64,000 bases of DNA from an uncultured Nitrososphaerota archaeon (GTDB lineage Archaea; Thermoproteota; Nitrososphaeria; Nitrososphaerales; Gagatemarchaeaceae): assembly GCA_963718895.1 (NCBI GenBank), contig CAVRAG010000007.1, positions 768,001-832,000 of the forward strand, read 5' to 3'. Shown one piece after another: positions 42,302 through 53,171 of this stretch. A program made the position numbers and the translations under genes. A model generated the notes under the pieces. That model was not told the origin of the DNA and made no database searches. It saw nothing but the letters and a program-made list of their open reading frames with translations. The first letter of the stretch is position 1. The number at the start of each line of letters is the position of its first letter.

Positions 42302-42978
42302 AAGAGACCGAAAGGACCTCGGACCCCCCGAGGCTAGTCGCCTTCGACATGGATGGAACGCTAATCGCCGGCCGGGTAATCTTCACCCTGGCTCACAGGC
42401 TCGGCTTCGAATCGGAGCTCGACAGGGTCGCCGGGGCTGGCGGTCCGCGTTATGCCAGGTCGCAGAGGGTGGCGAAGCTCATCGCGGGACTGAGCGTCTC
42501 CGAATTCGCCGAGGCGGTCGACGCGATGCCTCTGAACGACGGCGCGTTCGAAGCGATGAGAGCGCTGAGAGCGCAGAGATGGACGGTCGGTGTCATAAGC
42601 GACAGCTACACGCTCGCGACGGAGATCCTGGCGAGAAAGCTGAGCCTGGACTTTCACATCGCCAACACACTGGTCGTGAAAGAGGGCGTCATCACGGGGG
42701 AGCTCAATATGCCCATGGGATGGGAGAGGGTAGGCTGCACCTGCAGGCAATCGGTCTGCAAGAGATACCACCTTACCAGGGAGGCGGAAAGGCGCGGGGT
42801 GGCGATGCGGGACACTGCCGCGGTCGGGGACTCCGGGTCAGATTCTTGCATGATAGAGGCCGCGGGGACTGGAATATGGTTCAACGTACGCTCGGGGGGC
42901 GCTCCGCGAACTGGAAGTCGGGTGGTGAATGCGGCAGATCTTCGACTCGTCTCGGCCTTCCTGACTCGGGACCAATGA
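42298..42978 (+). CDS. HAD IB (SerB-like) phosphatase coupled to mpgS
   Basis: AFDMDGTL, ISDSY, CTCRQSVCK, VGDSGSD; ATGA overlap with the mpgS stop. Confidence 0.88.
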   Translation: MKETERTSDPPRLVAFDMDGTLIAGRVIFTLAHRLGFESELDRVAGAGGPRYARSQRVAKLIAGLSVSEFAEAVDAMPLNDGAFEAMRALRAQRWTVGVISDSYTLATEILARKLSLDFHIANTLVVKEGVITGELNMPMGWERVGCTCRQSVCKRYHLTREAERRGVAMRDTAAVGDSGSDSCMIEAAGTGIWFNVRSGGAPRTGSRVVNAADLRLVSAFLTRDQ

Positions 42979-43051
42979 GGGTCTCCTGGAGCTCGCGGGG
43001 AGGGGCCGAGGAGGTGAGGTTCATCGCCTGCGTCCGGCAGGTCGAATCATG

Positions 43052-43696
43052 TCAGCCTAGCTTCCTGATCACCGCCTCGACCCGCCTTCGCTTTGTCGCC
43101 TTCTCCATCTCCCCGAGTCGCGAGGAGAGCGCCCCGACGAAGACGGCCTTCCTCTCGTCTTTGATTATGCTGAGGGCGTTCTCGGCGTACATCGGGAGCT
43201 GATTTGTCGGGCAGTTTCTGAGCTGAGCCATCAGGAGAGGGAAGGCCTCATCAGCGTACCGGTCGACCGAACAGAGCTTGATCAGGATGCCCACGGCGTG
43301 GTCCCTGGCTATGACCGAGTCTCCCTCCGAGGCCGCGACGACTCTCGCGACGCCAGAGAAGGCGGTTCCGGGGTCCTGGAGGGTGATCGTATCGAGCGCG
43401 GTCATGGCACCCCAGACCAGTCGCTTGTTCTTGCTCTCGAGCAACCCGAGAAGTTCCCGACCATGGCCGGCAATCAGCGAGGGGTTGAGCGCACCAACCT
43501 CGTACAGGACCTTGATACAGGCGCCCTGGATGTTCCTGTCCTTGTTCCTGAGATTCTCGACGAGTTCGGTGACCGCCTTCTTGTCCCCCTTGGCTGCAAT
43601 CCGCCTCGCCAGCTCTTGATTGTAGACCTGATCTCTTCGACCAAGCGAGGTCACCAATTCGCTCAGGATTGTCACCTCTTGTTGCACCTGGGGCAA
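43052..43696 (-). CDS. HEAT/ARM-repeat helical protein
   Basis: LGRRDQVYNQELA, LLESKNKRLVWGAM, QLPMYAE. Confidence 0.75.
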   Translation of the reverse strand: MPQVQQEVTILSELVTSLGRRDQVYNQELARRIAAKGDKKAVTELVENLRNKDRNIQGACIKVLYEVGALNPSLIAGHGRELLGLLESKNKRLVWGAMTALDTITLQDPGTAFSGVARVVAASEGDSVIARDHAVGILIKLCSVDRYADEAFPLLMAQLRNCPTNQLPMYAENALSIIKDERKAVFVGALSSRLGEMEKATKRRRVEAVIRKLG

Positions 43697-43840
43697 ACTG
43701 GACCTCTGCGGAGAGCAGGCATACGGCCACGGGCGGATCTCACCTGTGTGTCATCTTTCCCAATTTCGGCTCCGTGTCCGGGCAAGAGGACCAGGCCTAG
43801 TCCAGACTCGGTGGGGCTGCCAAGAACAGACGAAAGACTC

Positions 43841-44020
43841 CTAGGACCTTTCAATCGAGGCCTTGACTTTGCGCATGAGTTCGGGGCTCAAGTCGCTCGG
43901 TTCCAAGCCGTGCACCTCAACGGCATGCTGGCTGATTTGTTTGGTGAGCTCTTCCTCGGTCTTGGACGAGAAGACCGCGTCGCAGTCGAACCCTGCAGTC
44001 TTGCAGGCGTATCGAAGCAT
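43841..44020 (-). CDS. DUF1059 small metal-binding protein
   Basis: CKTAGFDC..TEEEL..HAVEVH. Confidence 0.85.
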   Translation of the reverse strand: MLRYACKTAGFDCDAVFSSKTEEELTKQISQHAVEVHGLEPSDLSPELMRKVKASIERS

Positions 44021-44195
44021 TGTCGGAGTTTGTCCCAGCTTGGCGCATATAATCCTTGCTTCCAAGGGTCATCGGCAGCGCAGTCGATTCTGCAACCTCT
44101 CGACGTTATTCAAAGAGCCCAGGGGACTGGTCGACACGGCTTGGCAACTACTTTCGCCCTTCGGCCTCATCTCGTTTCACGGCGTCGAGAGACAA

Positions 44196-44780
44196 TTATT
44201 CCACTGTTGGGATCTCTTTGGTAAGCTTCGACAGAAGAGACTCGACCAGCTTGGAACGTTTCTGCACCGAGGATATCTTCTCTCCTAGAGACGAATCAGG
44301 CTCTTCTAGCGTGCTGTCGACGGAACAGTCTTTGAAAGGAGATGAGAAGTCGTCGAACGCTGACGAAAGCTGGTCCACGAGTTCCAGGTCGTCTATGAAC
44401 TCGATCAGTCTCCCGAGGTCACTCCGCAGAGTCGGAACAACGTACTCATCAAGATGCTTGCTGTGGAACATGCAGAAATTCTTCACTTTGTTCCTGTTGG
44501 CCTGGGAATGGTCGTTGAGATAATCTCCCAAATACTGCTGCAGTTTCAGGTAGTTCTTGTCCACAAGCTCCAGATTGGACAGCAGCCGCGTCCCAAAATA
44601 CTTCTTTTCGAGTTCTTGTCGTCGGAACTGTGTCTCGATGATGCCGTTTATCTTGCCGTCGGCTCTCCGCTGCATCAGGAATATCGAGACTCCTATCGCG
44701 ATGCTCAACAGAGCCAGCACGGCGTCCACAGATTCGAAACTTGTCAGATCGAGCATCCGGTTCACTAGGATACCAGGCAC
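44196..44780 (-). CDS. Hypothetical protein with N-terminal TM
   Basis: 194 aa; VLALLSIAIGVSIFLM followed by a helical body. Confidence 0.7.
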   Translation of the reverse strand: MPGILVNRMLDLTSFESVDAVLALLSIAIGVSIFLMQRRADGKINGIIETQFRRQELEKKYFGTRLLSNLELVDKNYLKLQQYLGDYLNDHSQANRNKVKNFCMFHSKHLDEYVVPTLRSDLGRLIEFIDDLELVDQLSSAFDDFSSPFKDCSVDSTLEEPDSSLGEKISSVQKRSKLVESLLSKLTKEIPTVE

Positions 44781-44849
44781 TGGTTCTTAAACGCAAACGT
44801 ACCGCGAGTGGCGAATGTCCAATATTCCGGGTCTTCTGGAGAGATTCCC

Positions 44850-45791
44850 ATGCGAGCAGCACAGTTTAGCAGGTACGGCGGACCCGAGGTAATCGAGTTC
44901 AACGCTACCGCAGTTCCACCTAGGGTCAAGGAGGGACAGGTGCTGGTGGAGGCCCACGCGGCTTCGCTCAACCCGGTAGATTCGGCGGTCAGGGCAGGCT
45001 ACATGAAGGCGATGCTGCCGCTGACTTTCCCTGTGACCGTTGCGGGGGATTTTGCGGGCGAGGTGAAGGAAGCAGGACCCGGCGTCACGGCTCTGAAGCC
45101 CGGTGACCAGGTCTTCGGCTTCGCCCCGGTCATCGTGGGAGGCTCTGGCGCTGCTGCGGAGACCATTACGTCGAACGCCCTGATGTCAGCCCGCAAGCCA
45201 GTCTCGGCCAGCTACGCTGAGTCAGCGGCGCTGCCCCTCGCGGGTGTCAGCGCGGTGCAGGCGCTGGAGGACCACATGAAGGTCGCGCCGGGGCAGAAGG
45301 TCCTGGTCCAAGGTGGAGCTGGAGGCGTGGGCTCTTTTGCCATCCAGTACGCGAAGCACCTCGGCTGCCATGTCGCGACCACGGCGAGAGGGGCCCAGGA
45401 GGAGTTCGTCCGCAGCTTAGGCGCGGACGAGGTCATCGACTTCGAGCTAAGGGGGTTCGACACGATCATCAAGGACTACGATGCCGTCCTCGACACCGTC
45501 GGAGGTGAGGTCTACAAGAGGTCCTTCGCAACTCTGAAGAGAGGTGGGGTGCTCGCGTCGCTGGTGCAGAATCCGCCGGACCAGGAGCTGGCCTCAAAGT
45601 TCGGCGTCAGGTCGGTCTATGTCTCCGCACAGCTCAACACCCCCGCTCTTAATCATCTGGCCTCCCTCGTCGATAAGGGCGCCCTCAGGTCGAAGATAGA
45701 CAGGGAATTTCCACTGGACCAGACTCGTGAAGCCTACGCCCATTTCGAGAACGGTCACCCCAGAGGCAAGGTAGTCGTCAGAATCAGATAA
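44850..45791 (+). CDS. NADPH:quinone reductase-like MDR oxidoreductase
   Basis: YGGPEV, SLNPVD, GGAGGVGSFAIQ, GKVVV; no zinc ligands. Confidence 0.93.
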   Translation: MRAAQFSRYGGPEVIEFNATAVPPRVKEGQVLVEAHAASLNPVDSAVRAGYMKAMLPLTFPVTVAGDFAGEVKEAGPGVTALKPGDQVFGFAPVIVGGSGAAAETITSNALMSARKPVSASYAESAALPLAGVSAVQALEDHMKVAPGQKVLVQGGAGGVGSFAIQYAKHLGCHVATTARGAQEEFVRSLGADEVIDFELRGFDTIIKDYDAVLDTVGGEVYKRSFATLKRGGVLASLVQNPPDQELASKFGVRSVYVSAQLNTPALNHLASLVDKGALRSKIDREFPLDQTREAYAHFENGHPRGKVVVRIR

Positions 45792-45829
45792 GCAGGGCAG
45801 GACGGTTCCACGAACTCGTCCTTCTAGCC

Positions 45830-45951
45830 GGGCAGAATCGATGGAGGAACAACTGAGCCGTAGGGCCCCGTACATCTTCTTCTGCAGAGGCCACTTTGTA
45901 CCAGCACCACCCTCGTTGCCAGGGTCCGGGGACGAAGACGTATGTCTCCAT
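45830..45951 (-). pseudogene. Internally deleted alpha/beta-hydrolase remnant
   Basis: METYVFVPGPWQRGWCWYKVA resembles the esterase N-terminus FVLVHGAWHGGWCW; followed directly by LQKKMY. Confidence 0.55.
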
Positions 45952-46046
45952 CGTGATCAGCGCCCTCCTTGATCTCCGAAGAAGGACCGGAGGATGTCAG
46001 TCTTCCCCTCCACAGCGCCTCGCCCTAGGATGCGTTGCCCCGGCCG

Positions 46047-47297
46047 CTAGATCTCTGTGTGGGCGACGTTGCGCCTGTTGAAGTAGGCGAATGTCCAGTC
46101 GAAGACCACGCCGAGCCTGCTTCGGGAGGTCGAGATCAGCGAAAGGTGCACCACCCTCCAGGCCATCCAGCCCAGGAAGCCTGACATCTTGAGCCAGCCG
46201 AGGTCGGCGATCCCGGAGTTCCTGCCCAACGACAGCATGAAACCCCTGTCGCGGTAGGCGAAGGGTTCCACCGTTCCTCCAGCCATAAGAGTGGGGAGCG
46301 CAGCGGCGAGCCACTTGCCCTGCTGGACCGCGACCGACGCCGTCTCCGGCAGTCTCTTCCCGGTCTTCCTATCCAGGAGGTGGTCGATGTCGCCCAAGGC
46401 GAAGACCTCCGGGTGCCCGCTCACCCTCAGGAAGCCGTCGACTTTGACGCGCCCCCTCTCCTTGTCGACCTTCAGTGAATCGATGAGCGGGGCGGGCTTG
46501 ACTCCGGCCGTCCAGAACACGTTCGCGGACTCGATCAGCTCCCCGTCCTGCAGAAGGACGCCCCGCTCGTTCACCTCGACCACCTTCGAGGAGGTCCGGA
46601 CCTGGATTCCCCGTCGAGCGAGGAATTCGGTCGCCTTCCGGACTGCATACTCCGACTGGCCGGGCAGCACCGTGGGGAGTGCCTCTATCACGGTGACCGT
46701 TGGCCGTTCGGCTATCTCGGGATAGTCCTTGGCCATGACCTTGACAAGGTCTCGGATGGACCCCACGAGCTCGACTCCAGTCGGCCCCGCGCCGATCACG
46801 ACGTATGAGAGGAGAGCGCGTCGGGTCTCGTCCGACTTCTCGATGGCCGCCCTCTCCATCGACCCGATAATCTTGTCGTGCATCAGCTTCCCATCGTTGA
46901 TCGTCTTGAGAGAGAGCGTGTTCTCAGCCACCCCCCTCACCCCAAAGTCGTTGTTCACCGAGCCGACGGCAAGTATCAGGTAGTCATAGCCCAGCTCCCC
47001 GAAACTGGTCTGGACCGCCCTCGCGTCAAGGTCGACAGAGGTGACATCACCCTCCAGGAAGCGGAAACCTCGCGTCCTCGCCTGGGGCCGCACCGTCTGC
47101 GCAAGGTGGTCCATGTCCACGACGCCCGTCGCGGTCTGGTAGAGCAAAGGTGTGAAGAGGTGGAAGTTCCGGTGGCTGACGAGGGTGACCTCCTCCTCGA
47201 GGTCCCTCCTCAGGTGGACGGTCGCGGCCATGCCCGCAAATCCGGACCCGACGATTAGTATCCGAGGCTTTGTCGGCTCGGAGGAGACCAAGGCCAT
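46047..47297 (-). CDS. ndh: Type II NADH:quinone oxidoreductase
   Basis: GSGFAG, FTPLLYQ, GAGPTGVE, WTAGV, VFALGD, AVQQG. Confidence 0.92.
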   Translation of the reverse strand: MALVSSEPTKPRILIVGSGFAGMAATVHLRRDLEEEVTLVSHRNFHLFTPLLYQTATGVVDMDHLAQTVRPQARTRGFRFLEGDVTSVDLDARAVQTSFGELGYDYLILAVGSVNNDFGVRGVAENTLSLKTINDGKLMHDKIIGSMERAAIEKSDETRRALLSYVVIGAGPTGVELVGSIRDLVKVMAKDYPEIAERPTVTVIEALPTVLPGQSEYAVRKATEFLARRGIQVRTSSKVVEVNERGVLLQDGELIESANVFWTAGVKPAPLIDSLKVDKERGRVKVDGFLRVSGHPEVFALGDIDHLLDRKTGKRLPETASVAVQQGKWLAAALPTLMAGGTVEPFAYRDRGFMLSLGRNSGIADLGWLKMSGFLGWMAWRVVHLSLISTSRSRLGVVFDWTFAYFNRRNVAHTEI

Positions 47298-47457
47298 ATC
47301 CGCGGGCCAAGAAACGAGCGAATATCAATCGATTGGTCAAGCGGTCGCTGGGCGACTCAGCAAGGAGCCCACCCGCGCGACGGAGGAGGCAGACGCCAGC
47401 GACTCTGCTGTCCTATTCGCGACAGCCTTATATGAAGCGCTCCCGAGTTTGCTCGCG

Positions 47458-47778
47458 ATGGCTCAGTATTCGTTCGAACACTTTGCCAAGGACTTTCCGG
47501 AACTAGCCTCTACGTACCTCGAACTCGTCGAGGCGCAGAGATCCCTGAATGGACTTGACGCGAAGACAAGACAGCTCATCAACATCGGAATCCAGACCGC
47601 CAACCGCAACCTGAGGGGCGTGAAGTACCACGCTTTTATGGCGAAGAAGGCGGGCGCCACGCGGGAGGAGGTCATGGGCGCCGTAGTCTTGAATCTCCAC
47701 CTTCGGGGGGTCGGCGTCGTGCTCGACACGCTTCCGGTCGCCATAGCAGGATTCGAAGGCAAGAACGTCAAGCGGTAG
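47458..47778 (+). CDS. Carboxymuconolactone decarboxylase (CMD/AhpD-like) family protein
   Basis: LDAKTRQLI, H..MAKKAGATREEV; probable ATG 47458. Confidence 0.85.
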   Translation: MAQYSFEHFAKDFPELASTYLELVEAQRSLNGLDAKTRQLINIGIQTANRNLRGVKYHAFMAKKAGATREEVMGAVVLNLHLRGVGVVLDTLPVAIAGFEGKNVKR

Positions 47779-47834
47779 AGCTGGATCGGGAAGCGCGGTC
47801 CGGAAGCGGTATCCACGCGGCCCCTTCGACCAGT

Positions 47835-48254
47835 TTAGTCAGACACTGGCGCGTCGCGGGCCCTGGGCACGTCCTCCTGGACCATGGCCGTCATCACAAT
47901 CGATATCATGACGTTCGGCAGGTCCACGCCGAGCTTGGCGACGGCCCTCGTGGGCGGACTCTCAGGAAAGTGCTTTGCGTAGGCCGCGTTCATCCGTTCA
48001 AAGTGCGCGGGGTCCTTGAGCAGGATCGTCACTCGCACGACGTCATCGAGGCCGGCTCCGGCGGCTCGGAGGATACTCGCGGAGTTGCGAATGGCCTGGT
48101 CGGTCTGCCCCTCTATGGTCGTCGCGTCCACCTTCTTCGTGTGCGGGTCGATGGCCGTGATGCCCGACAGGAAGACCATGTTTCCTGACTTTATGGCTTG
48201 ACTGTACAATGCCGAAAGCGGGACGTCCGAAGAGGATATGACCTCCATCCTCAT
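47835..48254 (-). CDS. RidA/YjgF family protein
   Basis: YSQAIKSGNMVFLSG, FERMNAAY, PPTRA. Confidence 0.92.
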   Translation of the reverse strand: MRMEVISSSDVPLSALYSQAIKSGNMVFLSGITAIDPHTKKVDATTIEGQTDQAIRNSASILRAAGAGLDDVVRVTILLKDPAHFERMNAAYAKHFPESPPTRAVAKLGVDLPNVMISIVMTAMVQEDVPRARDAPVSD

Positions 48255-48356
48255 GGCCCACCATTGTTAAGGAGGGGAGCTTATAGATTGTGGCAGCCGC
48301 CCGGTGAAGCCTCGGTCCGAACGGCGTCTCGCCGAGGAATTGACGGAAGTTGGTCG

Positions 48357-49185
48357 CTAGGGGTGGACCCGCATGGACAGATTCCCGCTCTCCCAGGGCT
48401 TCATCACGAGATCCCATGGTGTCACCAGGGCCTCCCTGCTCCGGATCACCAGGCAGTTGCCCCACTCGCTCTTCACCAGAACCGCCGCGGTCCTGAGGCT
48501 CGTCCGCGATCCGACCTCGACTGGAGTCGTCCTGTCGAGCGAGCCTATCCGCGCCTCGAACGCGCTTCCCATGGGGCCCCCGTGAAAGGGTTCCAGGAGG
48601 GTGGGGTCGAAGACCCGATCGATTATGGTCCTGTCGGAGACGTAGGTCCGTTCACCGGAGATGAAGACGGTCCTGTGCGAGAGCCGGAACATCGTGGTGA
48701 GAGCCTTCCGGACCGTAGTCTTCGCCGGCAAAGAGAATATCGGGCTGGACACGTCCTCGACCGTCAGGTCGGATGTGAACTGTCTTGTCTGGTACAGGCC
48801 GAGCAGGTCGTCCATGGTTATGAGGCTGAAGCGCACCTCTCCGTCTACCATGCCGTTGACAATCGCAATCCCCAGCTTCCGCCTCTTGAGCGCCTCGAGG
48901 ACCCCCTCGAGGTCGTCCTCCATTCCAAAGGACTCTAGCGTGCTCGACCCTTGCTCGCAGGGTCCTTCGAGGAACTTCTCGTAGGACTTTGGAGACATCT
49001 TCATGAGCTTGGGCAGGCTGGAGAACCCGGAGACGGCGCGGGTGCTGGTCGGGCCTTCATCGATCGGCACAGCGGAGATGTCGTTCATACGCAGAAGGTT
49101 GAGCACGCTCAGGAGCGGATAGGCAGGCTTGACCGAGGGGTACTTCTTCTCGAGGAGACGAGGAAACGCGTGATCCTATCTTCAC
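48357..49185 (-). CDS. CBS-domain-like protein (paralog of 58728..59558; one extra base near 49170)
   Basis: Aligns along its length with 58728..59558; TVRKALTTM..SHRTV, LVTPWDLV. Confidence 0.75.
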
Positions 49186-49269
49186 AGCCTCACTCCTGTG
49201 GGGGCGGTTAATAATTTAGTGCCAATGCGAAAATCCAGACCCTGAAGAGTTCGAGGAGGTGTACCGGCC

Positions 49270-49680
49270 CGGTAGAGTTGCTTTCGGAGGACGACTTCGG
49301 ACATCTGGCTATCTCCAGGCTCGGCCCTGTGCCGGCGGCCCGAGATGACGCCCACCGCCAGCAGGATGATGCCCACCAGAATCAAGACGCGATGGCCAGG
49401 AGGCCGAGGAGGAAGAGGGCGAGCGAGGTCATGACTGACTGCGGGGCGTTGCTCAGTGTGTGAGTCTTGGCGGTCGGGGTCGGGGTGGCGAGGGTGGTGA
49501 TTAGGGAGGCGGGGGCGGTATGTAGGAGATTGTGGTACTGGTTGAGTTCTGGCCTCCGGAAGATGACGTCTGGTTAGGTTGAGCGCTCGCGGACGATGGG
49601 GGAGCAAATGCAAAGCAGAGAGAGAACGCTATTGCGACCGTCAGGACGGCAATCTTCCGAGAATCTCTCGCCCACAACCC
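49270..49680 (-). CDS. Secreted S/T/P-rich protein with C-terminal TM (frameshifted)
   Basis: KIAVLTVAIAFSLCFAFA signal, S/T/P linker, ILVGIILLAVGVISGRRHR. Confidence 0.45.
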
Positions 49681-49879
49681 GACTCCAATTACCCGTCGAC
49701 CTAGATGAGTGTTGAATCGGCTACTCGTCAACGCCAGAGGCGCCAGAAGCGACAGAGGTTTGCAGACAAGCTTCGTTCCATCCCTGAACAAGGTGAAGTG
49801 TCACACGGGCCCGACCCCCGGCTGGGATGGGTGGTCCCGCAGTGGCACCAATTTATATCGGTCGAGATTCGTCGCACGC

Positions 49880-50365
49880 ATGAAGGAAGTGGTCTTCAGG
49901 CCCGTCGGGGTCGTTCACACAGACGCTTCGTCTGAGTCGATAAAGAGCAGGGTCGCGGGGATCAAGTCGATGGTCGAGGTCTTCCCCGAGTTTGAGCCCG
50001 CGCTGGAGGGACTGGAAGCGCACTCTCACATCTTTGTGCTGGCGTATTTCCATGAGCTGAGGCCTGAGCAGATAGGTCCGCTCAAGGTGAAACCGAAGGC
50101 GCTCCTTAGGTTCGGGGTCAAGGCCGAGAAGCTTCCCACGGTGGGGGTCTTCTCGCTCGACTCGCCGACGCGCCCCAATCCCATAGGCCTTGCGCTGGTC
50201 CCCCTCGAAAAGAGGGAGGGAAGGAAGCTGTTCGTCACCGGGCTGGATTTCTTCGACGGCACCCCTGTTCTGGACATCAAGCCCTACCAGGACAGCTATC
50301 GCGTCGACGACTACAAGATGCCGGAGTGGCCGGCCAGACTGCTGCGGGAGGCCGGGCACGCCTAG
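49880..50365 (+). CDS. tsaA: TrmO/TsaA-like SAM-binding protein (tRNA t6A37 N6-methyltransferase family)
   Basis: FRPVGVVH, GVFSLDSPTRPNPIGL, GLDFFDGTPVLDIKPY. Confidence 0.88.
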   Translation: MKEVVFRPVGVVHTDASSESIKSRVAGIKSMVEVFPEFEPALEGLEAHSHIFVLAYFHELRPEQIGPLKVKPKALLRFGVKAEKLPTVGVFSLDSPTRPNPIGLALVPLEKREGRKLFVTGLDFFDGTPVLDIKPYQDSYRVDDYKMPEWPARLLREAGHA

Positions 50366-50461
50366 TCTCGACGCCACATCCGGTCCCGCGGCCAATTCAG
50401 GACCCGGCGAGCCGAGCGTCTCCTTTCGAGGGTCTGGGCCGGGGAAGGAAGCGATCAGCCC

Positions 50462-52704
50462 TCAGTACTCAGACAAGATTTCGCGAATCTCCTCCGTGGA
50501 GACGGGGATGGACCGTATCACAGCGTTCCTTCGTCTCGAGGATAGTGCGTTCTCTACGGCGTTCACGATGGCCGGCAAGGAGCCAATCGTCCCGGCTTCG
50601 CCGGCCCCCCTCGCGCCGTGAAGATGCTGTGACGTGGTCAGTTGAACGGGGGCGTGCGAGAACCTCGGTGTGGCCATGACCGAGGGCAACAGATACGAGC
50701 CGCTCAACCGGCCGTCCGGGTCGTACCCCACCCTTTCCTGGAGGGCTTCCCCTATGGACTGCACTATGCCGCCATCCACCTGCGACGTGAGTGCGGACCT
50801 GTCCAGGACAGTGCCAAAATCGTCGAAGGTCAGATGATGAACCACCTGGACCGAGCCGGTCGAGGGATCCACCTCCACCAGCGAGATGTGACAACCCGAC
50901 GAGAAGGTGGAGGTCTCCGACCTGTAGGTCGCTTCCACGGCCACCTCGGACCCTAGCTCGCCAGCCGCTTGTGCGAAGTCGAGGTCGCGGCTCCTCCCGT
51001 CTTTGTACGTCTGGTGAAAGAAGCCAGCTCGGAACTTGACGGAGGTCGCGTCGCCGCAGGTGGAAAGAAGGCGCTCCTCTATCCGTTTGACAAGGGTCCC
51101 ACAGGAGAGCATCGCCGCCGAACCGGCGTACGCGATGCTCCTGCTGGATTGCGTGCCCATCCCCGGTCGGCTGGTCCTCGTGTCGCCAAATCGCACCTCG
51201 ACGGAGCCCCTCTTGGTGTGCAACCTGCTCGAGACGATGTTCGCCAGCGCCAGCTCGCTCCCCTGCCCCGTTGGGGCGACCCCGACGAAGAGGACGAGCT
51301 TGCCTCCCTTGGTGAGCTCCAAGCGGACCGTCTCCGCTGACGGAGGCGCCGACTCGGCGAGGTAGAACGACACCCCGAGTCCCTTCAGTCTCGGTCCCCT
51401 GGCTGAGGACGCCCGGCGAACCAGTGCGCGCGTCAGGCTCGACGTGCGGGCGGCCTCTAGCAGGTCCTCGAAGCGCAGCCTCGGTATCAGGACACCAAGC
51501 GGGCTCGTGTGGACCGGCGAGTCGTCGCTAATCAGGTTCGTCCTCCTCACCGAGAATTGATCGAGTCCGAGCCTGCTTGCGATCTGGTTCATTACCCGTT
51601 CAAGGATGAAGGTCGCGATCGCGCCTCCCGAACCTCTGATGGTCCCCATCATCATCTTGTTTGTGGCGACGGCTTTGACACCGACGTGCACGTCCCCGAT
51701 ATCGTACGGGCCGGTGGCCATAGCCATCATCTGGTTGATTGCGGTCGTGCCTCGTCCAACCTCGTTCCCCGGCCGCTCCAGCGAGCCGCCGGCCGAACCG
51801 CTGAAGTAGGCGCCGGCATCAATGGTCGCTCGATCCTCGAACGCAAGGACTCTGCCAGAGACGTCATAGCCTACCTGGACTTCGTGTATCTCGTCGGGTC
51901 TGTGCCCTAGGGTCACCAGCTTCTCTTCAGGGAGCGGTATCCACTTCACGTTGCGTCCCAGCCGCACGGAGACCAGGTAGGTGGCCAGATCCTCCGCGGC
52001 AGGGAAATATCTTTGAGCCGAAAGCCCCTCCGACCGCCGTCTGAATCACACGTACCGGCCTCGACCCCGTCGTGGAGTCGAGCAGGAACTGCTGCAGTTG
52101 ATAGGGGGACTGGGTGGTGGAGTAGGCCACCGCGCCCCCGGGGGCTTGCTCGATTACTATCCCTCTCCCCTCAAGGGGGTATGCGGAGAGCCGGGGGAGG
52201 CTGAAGCGCAGCTTGAGCGTATGCGGCGACCTCCTCATCGCCGCCGAAGGGTTGCCGGCGCGGATTTCCTGTTCGAAGACGACGTTAGACGAGGCGGTCG
52301 AGAGCCACTTCTCCTTGTCCCTGATGGCTCTCGCGGGGTCCGAGACGACGGAAAGGTGTTCGTAGCTCACACGTATGCCATCAAGACCATCCTCGAGCGA
52401 CGCCTTCTTGGAGGCGACCACCGCCGCGACCGGCTGGCCCTGGTAGACCACCTCGGACTCAGCCAAAGGATACTCCCGCCAGACCTTCGGAGCGAGGAGG
52501 TCCTGGAGATCCGACCTGGTGAACACTCCGACGATGCCATCCGCCCCCTTGATCCCACTGGTTTCTATCTGCCTGATCTTCGCGTGGGCGAAGGGTCGAT
52601 CTGAGAAACGCTAGGTGAAGCTGATCTCTGGCGTCAAGGTCCTCGACAAACGTGGCCGACCCCGAGATGTGCGACCGGAGCTCCTTCTCGGGATGTCTGA
52701 CCAT
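50462..52704 (-). CDS. Xanthine dehydrogenase/CoxL-family molybdopterin-binding large subunit (two apparent frameshifts)
   Basis: ISGSATFVEDL, YQGQPVAAVVA, VGGAFGSK, PTGQG, SSRS, QVDGGIVQSIG, GARGAGEAG. Confidence 0.9.
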
Positions 52705-52805
52705 GGAAGAAGGGAGCCAGCGGCGGGGAGATAAGGTTAGGCCGGGCTCGAGACGGCCCGCCAGTGGGGTCGGCCCTTGGTCGTCGCCGATGGCTGCAGC
52801 GGGCG

Positions 52806-53153
52806 TCAGGCTCGGGTAATCTCGAGGATGCGGTTCGTCCTGTGCAGCTTCTGCCGGATGGTGGCCCTCACGAGTTCGCAGGCCTCGATGATCCTGTCGT
52901 CGGTTATGCTGTAGTAGATGTTCAGCCCGTCGCGCCTCTTGGCGAGTATGCCGAGCTGTCTGAGGATCGTCAGGTGCTGGGAGAGGTTCGCCTGCCTTAT
53001 CCCGGTGGCACTTGCGAGCTCGCTGACAGACATCTCGCCTCCCTTCAGGGTGCTTATGATCAGCATCCGCTTGGGATGGGCCAGGCCTCTGCAGAACTCG
53101 GCCTGGATGTGGTACAGCTCTGCCTCCGCGTCGCCGTCCTGTTTCTCCGGCAT
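52806..53153 (-). CDS. ArsR/SmtB-family regulator
   Basis: LAHPKRMLI, QANLSQHLTILR, RRDGLNIYYS; Cys in FCRG and EACE. Confidence 0.92.
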   Translation of the reverse strand: MPEKQDGDAEAELYHIQAEFCRGLAHPKRMLIISTLKGGEMSVSELASATGIRQANLSQHLTILRQLGILAKRRDGLNIYYSITDDRIIEACELVRATIRQKLHRTNRILEITRA

Positions 53154-53171
53154 CGCTCCATCACCCCTGTC

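Noticed and set aside
50462-52704. Aerobic CO dehydrogenase (coxL)
   Set aside because: The active-site loop is GTIRGSG and no coxM/coxS genes are adjacent
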